Shown here piece by piece: positions 1 through 11,839 of a stretch of DNA of 64,000 bases. Below the pieces are notes generated by a model. The model was not told the origin of the DNA. It saw only the letters and a list, made by a program, of their open reading frames with translations, and did not search any database. Each line of letters starts with the position of its first letter. The first letter of the stretch is position 1. Both the position numbers and the translations under genes were made by a program. The DNA is taken from positions 1,105,882-1,169,881 of the forward strand of contig CM082591.2 in NCBI GenBank assembly GCA_040954595.2. Reading direction: 5' to 3'. This stretch comes from Balanoglossus misakiensis (lineage: Eukaryota > Animalia > Hemichordata).

Positions 1-151
1 AATTTGTCAACCCTACACACCTCAATTTTTAATATTTTCTGACAAAAACACCTGTAATGGCGGCCATTTTGACTTGACTACAACTTATCAGCCCCTGTCC
101 ACATACAAGGCCACAGTTTCAGCCTACCCTTATATAACATCTTTCACTTAC

Positions 152-3100
152 TTTGAGATCTCTGTGAACAATCCTCTCATCATGCAGGGCTTTCAAACCA
201 CGGAACATGTCGACTACCAGGCGTTTGCGTTCCTCCCATGATATGCTATTATTCTCAGGATTTTCAATGTGCTCAGCCAATGTTCGTTCACACAGTTCCA
301 TCACAAGATACACATACTCATCATCATTCTCATCATGCAAGAAGTCCTTTGGAGTGAAAAAAAAACAATGCAGAGTCATCTATTAGACGCAGAACACTCA
401 AAAATATCCAATCTTAGATCTTAGTTGAGGGTTAGCATAGGTATTTCAGTTGAAATTCCAGCAAACTTATTTTTCATCCAGATTTTTGTCATAGCCTCTT
501 GGGGTTGACAACTCAAGCCACTGTCACTTGCCATAAAAAAATAATGTTTTCATTGGGAATATTTTGTCTCGCAAATTTCAACTCAATCCCCAGGTCCTTG
601 GAGTATGAGATTCCATCAATCTTAACCTCAGATAAGTAAGGATTGTTGCTGAACCCACAAAACATGTTGGCACATATTAGATTGATATCACAAAAATGTA
701 TAAGTTAGGAGTAAAATACATGTACTTACATAATATGTGACAATGTTTGGAGATGACTGGACCTTTTTATAGTCGCTCATTTTGTGTTCTAGATCCTTGT
801 GCTCCATCTTGTCTGGTTTGAGCATGCGTTTAACTGCAACTTCCAAATCTTTAGAAGCACAGCATCCAAGAAAGATTCTGGTGCCATCATTTCTGAAGAA
901 GACAGCATTTGTAAATAAAGCTCACTATCTGTAACTTTTGGTTTCATGTTTGACTCCTTTTAGTTTTAGCAAGATTGAATGCCTCGTATTTATCTTCTCA
1001 ACATACCGGTAGTCCATTTGCGAATAATCATTACTGAGTTGTTCTCAAGTCCAGACATGATTCAATTTATCAACAATGCCTTATGAAAAATATCCACAAA
1101 TGTAACATGCACATTTTGATATATCTTCATTTTATATTGACTTACCCATCTGCTATTTTGAAGTCCGTTGACTTTCCAACTTTGTAGGGCCCCAGTTCTT
1201 TAAACATTTTCTTTTGAGTTTCAGCTTTCAACTTTTCCATCTTTGCTTCCCACACAGAGCTCTTGGAAACAACCTGCGACTGGAAAGTTGCAAAACAGGA
1301 GAAGACTTTCATGAAGTTCACAATCTCAAATTATTGACTCAATGCCCCATTATTTAGTGTGACTGTGTCTCGGCAAGGTGCCCATGAGGTTTACTTCTCA
1401 TATGCCAATCAAAGTATCTAGGTTTAGATTACTTTGCAACATTTGGCTACATTGCTTCTTTTAGTCTTAAATGTCTGGTGTATGTAGCTCAAGATAAATA
1501 CAGTATCTTTTTCCCTTATAAGTTCAAACACACCCATAGGATGATAGCATGATAATTAGCATATTTCTCACCTGGTTTGTCTCTTCACCAGGTGCATCAC
1601 CTCCCCTATTCTCAAATGATCCATGTCCCTCATTGCTATGGCGATCAGTACGGACCCTTTTTGCTGGTTGTGTTTCCGGTTCAGCAAGGCCTCGTTTGGC
1701 ATTTCTTTGTCGGTTATGAGACTGGTTGGAGCTGTCAATCTCTGCAGGCTCTCCAGCAGTATCTGTTGAAAAGTGTCCCTCATTGCTATGGCGATCAGTA
1801 CGGACCCTTTTTGCTGGTTGTGGTTCCGGTTCAGCATGGCCTCGTTTGGCATTTCTTTGTCGGTTATGAGACTGGTTGGAGCTGTCAGGCTCTGCAGGCT
1901 CTCCAGCAGTATCTGTTGAAAAGTAGAAATGAAAGTATTGAAACATATTTTGAAACATTTTCGACTTTTGCATGGCACGTACAACAGGTTTTGTTGAGAA
2001 GCTAAAGACTGAACATTTCAAAAAGACATCCAGAGTAGAATAAGAAACCAGAGTTGATGCATGGCAGAAATATGGTGAAAGAAAGAGCCAAAAATTAGAT
2101 TTACTCTGAATTTACAACATATCATTTCTTCGAGGTCTAACTATACAGTGAGTTGTCAACCTTTTACCCAGAATGCAATTAACATGTGATTTGACACCCT
2201 AGCATGGAGTTAAAACCAATTAAGGAGGTAGCCAGAATTACCTGTACCGGTAGTACTGAGGATTTCACTGAGAAAGTCATCTTGGGAATTTTTCAGTTCA
2301 TTTATCAGGTCTTCTTTGAGACGGTGTGACACTTTAAAGGCAGTTTTCCGTCCCTTTTCATGTGTGATCTTCTGTGTGATACTCTCAACCCACGTCTTGA
2401 CGTCCTCCTTGATGTTAGCAGAATGCAAGCCAACATCGACACAACTATTGAAGTAATGGTCCGTGCCCGGGAAAATCTTCATCAGGAAATCTGCAATTCC
2501 GGAACAAGTAGGTACCAGCGCTGGAAATCCTGCCTGCATTGCAAAATACACCGGAAAGTTGAACGGATCTTGCTTTTCCGGAGCAACAAGCAACACACTC
2601 TGCAAAAGGCAGGATTCGATATTCTCCATCAAGACTGGTGCTGAATTCACATTTATTTTCAACCACCTTGAGTCGGCTTCTTCATTCAGATAACGTGAAA
2701 AGTTTCCACGAACACTGTCTTTCACTCCGTACAAACTCCAGTAGGGAACATAATGCTCATTCATTAAACCATAGTTGGTGGCAACTTCACCGATGGCCTT
2801 TGCGATGACTTGAAAACGGTCAAAATCAGCCTCAGACTCGACCTCGCAAAGGGTCAAAATCTGTTTCTCATTATCGTCAGGCAATGGCTGCACATTTATG
2901 TCAGTGAACATGTCCATTGCTGGCGGCATGTAGCAGTAATGCTTCGGTCTCTTCTTCAAAGCATTGTACTTCACTTCAAAATGGTCATACACAGAACGGC
3001 CGAGGGAGAAGACAGCATCAGCTTCTTCAGCATAACCAACAGAGACACCGATGTCCTGAGGAACTTCGAGATTAAAGAGTATCAGTTTTGCTGTTGGGGC

Positions 3101-4623
3101 GATGCCTTTCTTGATCTTGATGCAGGCTGCTGTGAGTTCCTTCTCTTGCCCCGTCACCAGATATCCGACCACGACATCGACCTTGCCTTTCAGATCCGTC
3201 TCCAACTGAGGATACAGACTGTGATGCAGTGCAGATAGCCACTTGATGGACGGCTCGAAACTAAGATCAGCAACCACGCTTTCCCGAGGATGAACCACAG
3301 TGACACCACTGTCTCGAGTGAAGTCCTGTTGAGAGGCCTTCAGAGATGTGGTGTACGTCGTTGCACCTTCCTTGGTCAACAATTCGGCCAGGTTCTTATT
3401 GACAACTGCCAGTCTATTAACTTCATTGGACCACTTACTGCTGATGAATAAGACTGTTTTGCCTGCAACACAGTTGACAAACCAAACATAAATGCTAGAG
3501 TATTAACCCTCTTCCTGCCAGGGACGTTAAACAGCCCTGTTAAGAAGTTAAACCATTTCATTGGTCATTTTTCCACTTAACCTATTCTCAACATCTTCAA
3601 AAGGCTCACAAACAATATTTGATATATGCTTGCGATTTTGCATATAATTGAATCCACCTAAAAATGCATCAAATCTCACTGGTTTTTATTGGATTGGCTA
3701 CAGATGGTTGCATACATGAATGTCATACACTCAAAGAACCTCCTTACCATGACAGCTTACAGTCGACACTTGGAGTTGGTAATCTTGAGAAGTGTCACGG
3801 AGTTCTTGGTCGTTAGAATAAGAACTTCTGGAACTTTGTTGGGGAACTACAGAGGCTGCCATCTGCTGGGCTGGTGTCGATGATATAGTTAGCATCTGCT
3901 GGGTTGGTGCAAGTGATATGCCTGGCATCTGCTGGGTTGGTGCAACTGATATGCCTGGCATCTGCTGGGTTGGTGCAAGTGATATGCCTGGCATCTGCTG
4001 GGTTGGTGCAACTGATATGCCTGGCATCTGCTGGGTTGGTGCAAGTGATATGCCTGGCATCTGCTGGACTGGTGCAACTGATACAACAGGTTGTTGAATG
4101 TCGCCACTTGCTCTTTGTACACCAATATTACCATTTATCTGCTCATCAGAATCTATAAACCTAGTCTCAGCTTCCTTCACCACCTCCCCGTAATCAAAAT
4201 CACGGTCAAACCCTTTCTCAAACCGAACTTTCACATTCCTACTTAAGTTGTTACAGTCGGCAATTTCAAACAGTTTGATCAGTACATCATTCTTCTTTTT
4301 TGTCAAACTATCATATTTTGTTAACACTTCAAACAACTTGTAGGGATTATGTTCAATCTTCTCAATATCCCTCACAGATATTTTGCGATTTTCAAGTCCC
4401 TTTAATGCATCCTTCATGCGATTCAGTTCATCTGAAACAAATGAGAAAATAACTTTTGAATATATTTTGTCATCTACCATTTTAAGCTCTCAATCTAATG
4501 AAAACCCTCCAATAAAAACTAAAATAGTTAGCCTATTGGAAAAGTACTCATCTTGTTCTTACCTTGTCCGATATCCTCTGCCAACCTAAGTAAGTAGACA
4601 ATGAAGGGATCAAAACCTGCCAT
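152..4623 (-). CDS. Multi-exon gene, 3' end outside the window: death effector domain (DED) + 11-aa repeats + GT-B/GT4-like glycosyltransferase-fold domain + 50-aa duplicated linker + IRE1/RNase L-type Ser/Thr kinase
   Basis: Phase-compatible GT-AG exons 4623-4563, 4431-3748, 3462-2242, 1912-1572, 1273-1146, 892-730, 346-152; probable non-coding exon ending at 4936. The N-terminus MAGFDPFIVYLLRLAEDIGQDELNRMKDALKG...PYKLFEVL...VLIKLF fits the DED helical pattern. KTVLFISSKWSNEVNRLAVVNKNLAELL...LLVAPEKQDPFNFPVYFAMQAGFPALV resembles invertebrate GT4-like domains. FKIADGNDGTRIFLG, EVAVKRM, NIVTYY, YLVMELCERTL and IVHRDLK are IRE1/RNase L-like kinase subdomains I-VIb. Confidence 0.85.
1625..1923 (-). 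repeat. Two-copy 150-bp tandem duplication (50 aa per unit) in a coding exon
   Basis: ATCTGTTGAAAAGT occurs at 1761 and 1911. The unit translates as FSTDTAGEPAE.DSSNQSHNRQRNAKRG.AEPE.QPAKRVRTDRHSNEGH, with only a few substitutions between copies. Confidence 0.95.
3860..4082 (-). repeat. Coding minisatellite, 33-bp unit ((L/V)APTQQMPGIS), about 7 copies
   Basis: Repeated GCATCTGCTGGGTTGGTGCAA(G/C)TGATATGCCTG. L and V variants alternate, giving a 66-bp higher-order period. Confidence 0.95.
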
Positions 4624-5009
4624 TTTAGATCACAAAATCACCAGCCCTTGGGTTCAAGAGTATTCACCACTCATCACCTGCAGACTTGATAATACGAGTT
4701 TCCAAATTATAAACCAGTTTCTATATAACTATAAGCGCAACTACGGTGCTGCATATGACGTGCAGTACACGTTTGGTTCTCTGTGAGACTAACAAAAGAG
4801 TTAGGCCATTAAAAAAATGGCGGGCTGCAAAGCCCCTCCACGACCTGGCCCACTAACAATACATGGCGTAAAGCAAACTGTTGTGTAATAAATTTTTAAC
4901 GGGTCTTCAGACTTTGTACATGTACTACTACTTACCTGTAGTTTTCCACAGGGAAGGAACTTAACGGCAAATTCGAAGTGGATAGATGAGAGCACGGAGA
5001 CTATGATGA

Positions 5010-5087
5010 GAAAATGAAACTAACAAGTTTAACAACAGTCCGTTCGGGGAAACCCCAATGACGTCATCGAGCTTCTGGGAATTTCCC
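5010..5087. promoter_or_regulatory. Immune-type promoter module: ISRE/IRF-E, two NF-kB sites, CRE/ATF site, GAS site
   Basis: GAAAATGAAACT 5010-5021; GGGGAAACCCC 5046-5056; TGACGTCA 5059-5066; TTCTGGGAA 5073-5081 overlapping GGGAATTTCCC 5077-5087. The module lies just upstream of the first exon of the DED-GT-kinase gene. Confidence 0.7.
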
Positions 5088-6391
5088 AAAATCATGTAGT
5101 GGTACTGTTGGGTCTGCGTCGCGTCCAAACACCTCTTATTCCTTGACCACGATAGTTATTTCCTCGGAAAGTGTGTGATTTACATTTCTCTGATGCGGAG
5201 ATACAATGAGTTTAGCTTTGCTTGTGCAGCATAAACTCATACACAATCCAGTCGGAGTTTGAAAAACCCCGCTCGCCAGCAGCCGCCATGTTGTTTATGT
5301 TGTTGAGTTTATTTTTAGATTAAAATGGCGGACAAGCGCATTGCGCCCTCTTACGTTAGAACACGATATAACCAACCTATGAAACCATAGTAACCAACCA
5401 TACGTGAACAGCCATAGGCTCTCGCATAATTTTGCAGTGAAATTAGATGTTACTACCACAAGTAAAGAGAAACAATCTACACAGAATATGATGTGACGCC
5501 AACGGACTTGAAAATCTCTATATTCACGGTCGATCCAAAGATTTCCAAAATGGCGGCACGCGCGAATCCATTGTGCTTGGAGACACCAACTATCCTACCC
5601 TTTTTTCGTGCTTTCTTTGTGTTCATTCGGGGTTGTCATTTTTATTTTTCGGATATTAAGATGTCATGCGATTCGGCAATAAACTCTAATTCATCCAAAA
5701 CTTAAAACTTTCAAGGCATATTACGTACACATTTTAGTACCACTTCGGAAGTAAGTAGCACTTGATTTTCAACCCATTCGAAGCCCTACAAGTACATGAT
5801 GCCATTCATACCGCCACAGTTCCCCCCAATGACTGCCCTGTGTTATAAAAGCGGGGGATTGCCGCCCATTATGTAATAGGCCTAAATAGTTTATTAACCA
5901 TTCAAATTGCACGACTGCAAATGGGTATTCAAGCAGGCAGTACTAGTATCTCATTACCCTGCTCATTACCCAGTACCTCCATGCTCTTCCTCAGCTGACG
6001 TCAGTGCCACGTGATCACGTAAACAGACATTGCACTTAACACAAATTCACATCCACTGTCGGACATAAACTAAAGAATATTCAAGGACTGGACGCTAAAG
6101 ACTGTTTGTGCAAGGTACGTATAGAAGATACAAGGAGCAGGTGACTGTGCTATAGACAGTCAGTAGTCTCGGTTACCCAGACCCGGAAGAAGCAGGGGGT
6201 CTGGGTATCGGGGACGACAAGGTCAGTGGTATGACCACTATGCGAGTCAATCATTTAGGTCATGTATGGTCATTGGCGAGATGACATTCACGGTACGTAC
6301 CGTCGTAGTTGAGTGCGTGGTGTAATACTAGTATAGTAAAACAAAATAAACACAACGCGCCCGACTTCAATGACACGGGCGTCTATGTTAA

Positions 6392-6568
6392 AGGTATACG
6401 GTCACCTATATACGCCCATATATGTCTGAAACGGCGTATTTGAGTGTTCTAAAGAACATATGGTGGCGCTCTTTTTTCGCGTGTGTAACCCAATAAAAAT
6501 CTGTGATTGGCTAGATCTGAAGTTACCTTGGTAACTGTAGATAATTTTGCAAAGTTGACCGTATACCT
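6392..6568. mobile_element. MITE, Kolobok-like
   Basis: TIRs AGGTATACGGTCA (from 6392) and TGACCGTATACCT (to 6568). Flanked by TTAA on the left and TGAA on the right (degenerate TSD). Lies in the 5' UTR intron of the ACCS-like gene. Confidence 0.65.
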
Positions 6569-7377
6569 TGAACGATAAGGTCAAGGAACAAATAATTGAG
6601 CCTACTGCAATAATCTTTGATCATGACGGAGACTTTTCTTTGGCCTATTTATTACAATTGTACGCATACAACCTTGGGTCTTTGGGATCATCACAAACAT
6701 CGCGATATCAATCATTTTGTCCACCACAATTTCTCCTGTTGGTCGATTACTTCACATGCGCTCTTTTATTTTGGGTTTTATATATAGCTCATTCAAATTT
6801 TGCAGAGTCATCCGCAGTAAAAATGCAACGGAGCCACGAAATCCAACAAATATCGTCACATCGACTAAAAATATGACTTTGAAAGCTAGAACCTCGAATA
6901 TTTTTGACTTTTAAGGCAGAAAAACGTAAGAACCAGGATTTTTGTTAAGAACCACGGCAACGTGTATAAATTCCTATCTAAGAACCTTGATGAAATCGTT
7001 AGTTTCAAATCCACGGTCGGAACCACGAAAAATAAAAGAAAACAAACTTTACCTGTAACTCTCTTTTAAAACTCGCTACAAATATAGAAATGTTTTCCTT
7101 TAGATAATTTTAACAGTTTTTAAAGGGGCGAAACCCAAAATAAATGAGCAGGCGTTTATTATATATTCCTTCCTTCAAACGGTGATTTATAGTTAACTGT
7201 GTTGAGAACGCCTTTTGTCCCGTCTCTATCTGTACCTGCCGTATTTTAATGCTTTCCAGTATACATGTACATATGCGACACTGAGCTCGATTTGCTATAT
7301 ATTGATCTCACATTCCTAGCGGTCAGGAAAGTGTGAGGAATAATTCTGTTTTCAACTTCAAGTAGTCACTCGCAACC

Positions 7378-10300
7378 ATGGCAAGCAACGTGACTCGTTC
7401 AGTTGGTGCAGGAAGCATTTTGTCCACACGAGGTCAGAAAATCACGGGAAACACAAGTCTACTGGAAGACGGATTCATGAAGTGTTATGCAAACCCATAC
7501 GACGAAAACACAAATCCAGAGGTAAGTTCTCATGGTTTAGGATCATTTCAACTGCCTTTCGGATGAAACTGATGGAATTTTAAGAACAATTGTTTAGTAT
7601 ACACGTGGAATTAAACCATGATTTGATGCGGTTTCGGAAATATCAGAAGGTCGTAGTATAAATCGAAAGGCGATTTTGAGGGGATACTTCATAATCATGT
7701 AACACCCAATTGAGCGATTATTTTTGCCAAACCCGAGCACGTTCGTACAGAGCGCGAAAAACATACGTATTGGGCCTATTGGTTTATTTTTGTGGTATGA
7801 ATTCAGAGGTCGTCAATAACCAAATAAGTTTAAATAAGTTGAATTTTGTTATTACTGAACATATTCTTGTAAAAACGATTATGAGGTTGAACGTCATTAT
7901 GAGAGTAAAGATATCACCTTGACTACTATTATAATCATATACGGATTCAGAAAGGGGGATTCAACTTATTTTCAGGGCGTTATCAATGCTGGGACCGCTG
8001 AAAACACAATATCCCAAGATCTTGTAGCGGAGAAGGTACGTCAATATTCAAACAGTCTGGACAGTGTTGTATATGAAAAATGATGAGTGCGTGGTCTATT
8101 AACGTTGTCAGAAGTTTCAGAAGTTACTGTTCTCTTAGAAACTTGACTATATGCACGTCTTCTTACGGGAGCTTTCAACTTCATGCAGAATTATTGTTTT
8201 AACGTTACTTTTCCAGTTATCTCAACTAAAACCACCGTACTTAGAAAACCCTGATTTACTTCGTTACCAAAACTTCGCCGGTATTGAGCCATTCAGAAAA
8301 ACACTGGCTTCCTTCCTGACAAAGTATGCGAAAGCGCCTACTGAACTTGACCCGGACAATGTAAGTATGTAGAAGATTTGGATTTTACTCTTTTATCGGT
8401 GTTGACTGACTTTGGTTGGTGTTTAATCGACTGTTATTGTCGTCTCATCGGTTGTTATAAGTTTCTCAACTTGAGGAAGAGTTTAAATATCACTATGTTC
8501 CCGTTGATGGCCAAACCAGTGCGGCAACTGGATAATTAATATCTTTATGCGTATTTTTCTGAGACAGCTGATGGTTGCCAATGGTTGTGGATCGTGTATA
8601 ACAATGCTTTCCACAGTTCTTTGTGACCCAGGAGGTAAGTATTAAATGGATATGTCACATGTTTTAGTAGGTCTACTTTCGAAAATGCTAGATGGCGGTT
8701 GAATTGGATGCGTTTTATTCCAGTTTATTAGGATCACTATTGTGTTCACCGCTTTAGACTCATTAGATGCGTTCAAAATTTCCATTCTGTTTTGGAAATT
8801 AATGCTGCTTTGAACACTTTTTTTTGCGATAGAGATTATAATTATAAGGATATTAGGTCTTTTCCTGTTGATTAGTCATACAATAACATAGTATAACTCT
8901 GTTATCGCTTCAGACGCCTGGTTGATACCATCGCCGTATTACGGAGCTATCCTAGATGATAGTTATCGACTTCCGCAGGTGAATGTAGTGCAGGTCGATT
9001 TAAACAGCCAGGTAGGCTATTACTACTACTGAAAGATTCCCCAGCACAGCCAAATAGTACACACTAACCCCGTAACTTTGTTCGTGGGTTAATATCCACC
9101 ACAGAAAATTTCATGACTTACCTTTCATACACCGACTTCTATATGGTTGTCCTTTTCTCTCGAGGCTCTGGTTTCCATCCTCGGAATTGAAATGAAGGCT
9201 GTTGACACTCAACGACGAACTCCATCTTGACCACGTCGCCTGCCATTTTGACAACCGGTACTTAGCATATTATGTAACATGCTATGCATCTTGGGATCCT
9301 GTTTGCATGAAGCATGTGATGCAGACTATTTATAACTGGTCGTGTCATTTGCCACGACAGGTGTCTGAAGAAAACGGAAAGCCATTCCAGCTGACAGTGG
9401 ATAAGTTAGAGCATGCGTTGCAGCAAGCCACACTGGAGGTACCCGTAAAAAATATTGGACTCATTTACCCGATTGATCAGACTAAAGATAATGGTACACT
9501 ACATGAAAATATAGCACAGAAGAGAAGAGAACGGCACTGCAGAACACAATAGCAAATAAAAGCACGTCAGAGTATAGAATAAAAAAAATAGAATAACACA
9601 ATACAGTACAGTACAGTGCAACCGTTCGTACAGAGCAGAAAATAAAACAGCACAAGACAAGAATACATACATGTATAATAAACTACATTACAATATATTT
9701 GAATTGAAATGAAATGGATAACAGTTAATTTTATCAATTTGTAGGGCGTTAACGTTCGAGGCCTATTTCTTATGAATCCAGGAAACCCAATTGGTGACAT
9801 CTTCTCTGAACAACTTTTGAAAGATTGTTTAGAATTTGCCAGTAGGTAAGAGCACCAGTTATTGAATCTAAATGCTTGTTGAACTGCACACGTGTATCAG
9901 AAGTGGATTGATAATAGGGATATAGGTTGGAAAAAGAATATGGCCGCCTCCATCGAACTGTGTTGAAGCTCATGGAACAGTCTGTTAAAAGCGATAGGGT
10001 GAAAAAAATGTTGGTCCAAGTAGAAAGAGTGCTGTGCACGTATAACATAACGATTTGTGTTAATCTAAAGTAATCACAACTCCCCGAAAATCATGTTTTG
10101 CGCGAGACATATGCTTTCCTTTTCACTTCATGCAGACACAAATTGCACGTGGTACTTGATGAGATCTACATGTTGTCGGTGTTTGATGAAAACACGCCGT
10201 TCGTCAGTGTTCTCAGCTTAGACAACTTGCCAGATCCAGAAAGAACTCATTTCATTTGGGGATTTTCCAAGGTGCGTGCTGTGTCCAAAATATGCATGCC

Positions 10301-11601
10301 CGTCCAATGGAGGGTAGTAACAAAAGTGAGGTTAGATGACTGAAAATTTAAGAACAAGTCAATATCAATGCATGACAACGATTATTTCGTGATCAGAGAA
10401 CGCATATACCTTGTACAAAGCTTATCAATTATATACATGACATTCATTTGAAGGTCGGATTGTTTTTAACAGTGTTGATAAATCTTGTTACTTTCTGAAG
10501 GACTTATGTATGTCTGGGCTTCGTTGTGGTGCCATATATACCACCAGTAAACAAGTGATGTCTGCGCTCCAACGAATTGTCGTTTGGTTCTCATTCCCAA
10601 CTGCCATGCAATACATCCTGAATGATATGCTACGTGATGAAGGTAAAGAACACCCGATCCAAACAGACTTTGCATGTTTTAAGTTTAACCCTTTCGTGCG
10701 GAAAGTACGATTCAATTCGTAACAGCTGTAAAAGGATAGTGATATTTGTCTTCTATGTTGTGATTAAGATGTCATCACAAAGGAAAAGAAGAACTTGTAG
10801 ATGTACATTCAGTTTTTATTCTCTTTTCCCCAGAATGGTTAGCAAAGAAGTACTTGCCTACAAACCATCAGAGACTTAGGGAAGCTTACGCCACCGTGTC
10901 GGGAGGTTTGAAAACACTTGGAATACCCTTCCTCGAAACGACAGCATGTCTTTTCATTTGGATGGATTTCAGAAAAGTGGGTTTTCTGGGCAGTTTTTTT
11001 TTTTTTTACTTTTGGGATCTTCATTTAGACATGACGGCATCTTTTTTTAAAACAAAATGTTCATCAACAACGTTTTACATTCTGGTTTGTTTCGTAAACA
11101 CTTCTTGCAGAAGGAATATCAGGTATATATTTGCAGATAAGATGTTTGATGTGCGTCTTCTTTTACAGGTGGTGTCGACATTTGAAGCAGAAATTGAATT
11201 ATTTAATGAGTTCATTGATGCTGGTATTTACATTACACCTGGTCAGGGATTTTTCTGTGTGGAACCTGGATGGTTTCGGATCATCTTCTCTCTGCCAATC
11301 AGGACGCTTCAACTTGGTAAGTCATTGATTGATCACAGAATTTGAATTTTTGACGTCACTATTGGATGTACTTTGTATTATGGTCTTTGTCATTATCCAG
11401 GAAAGTTAAACACTGTCAAACCTGTGTTAATGGCCACCTGTATACAGTGGCCACTTTATTGCAGTCCCAGTGCAATACATTAATTGACCTGTCACACCTG
11501 TGTTTCCATGGTAACCTTGTAATTGTTTTTCCTTTTTAGCAATTGACAAGATTGGCACAGTTCTTGAAAGACGAAAACAGAAACTTGCAAGTATCAAATG
11601 A
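7378..11601 (+). CDS. ACCS: 1-aminocyclopropane-1-carboxylate synthase-like protein (PLP-dependent class I/II aminotransferase fold)
   Basis: Exons approx. 7378-7521, 7976-8035, 8217-8360, 8568-8634, 8914-9011, 9361-9438, 9745-9843, 10136-10271, 10501-10640, 10834-10977, 11169-11316, 11540-11601. ACS boxes GVINAGTAEN, LIPSPYYG, NPGNPIG, HVVLDEIY, GFSKDLCMSGLRCG (PLP lysine) and EPGWFRIIF are present. A probable non-coding first exon ends at about 6114. Confidence 0.92.
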
Positions 11602-11839
11602 AACAAGAACCATGATGATATGAACCTCTAAAGCATTCATTGTTTTCATAAGACTGTAATCAATTGAACAAGACAATTAAAATCAGTATTTTTTAATGAG
11701 CAATTTATCAGGCATTTTAATTATTCATCACAGGTGCACAAAATAAGACAATGCACAAATTCAATGAATTCTCTTTTTTTTTACACCTGTGTCAGCTTGA
11801 AAGTTAAGTGACATCACAATGAGCTTGAAATTGAGTGTG

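Noticed and set aside
152-1273. Calling the kinase the true IRE1 (ERN1) ortholog
   Set aside because: No signal peptide, luminal domain or TM helix upstream; DED and GT-like exons take their place.
1577-2005. Plus-strand 142-aa ORF and alternative-frame ORFs over the 150-bp duplication
   Set aside because: Shadow frames; only the DTAGEPAE frame fits the flanking exon phases.
2210-3382. 390-aa intronless ORF as a stand-alone or horizontally acquired bacterial glycosyltransferase
   Set aside because: It is bounded by a good acceptor (3462) and donor (2242) in phase with neighbouring exons and lacks its own ATG; it is an internal exon.
3860-4082. 33-bp repeats as a possible CRISPR array
   Set aside because: Head-to-tail units with no unique spacers, in frame within a eukaryotic exon, and no cas genes.
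6164-6217. Small hairpin TAGTCTCGGTTACCCAGACCC...GGGTCTGGGTATCGGGGAC as an ncRNA or terminator
   Set aside because: Intronic and imperfect, with no RNA-family features; more likely a short palindromic repeat remnant.
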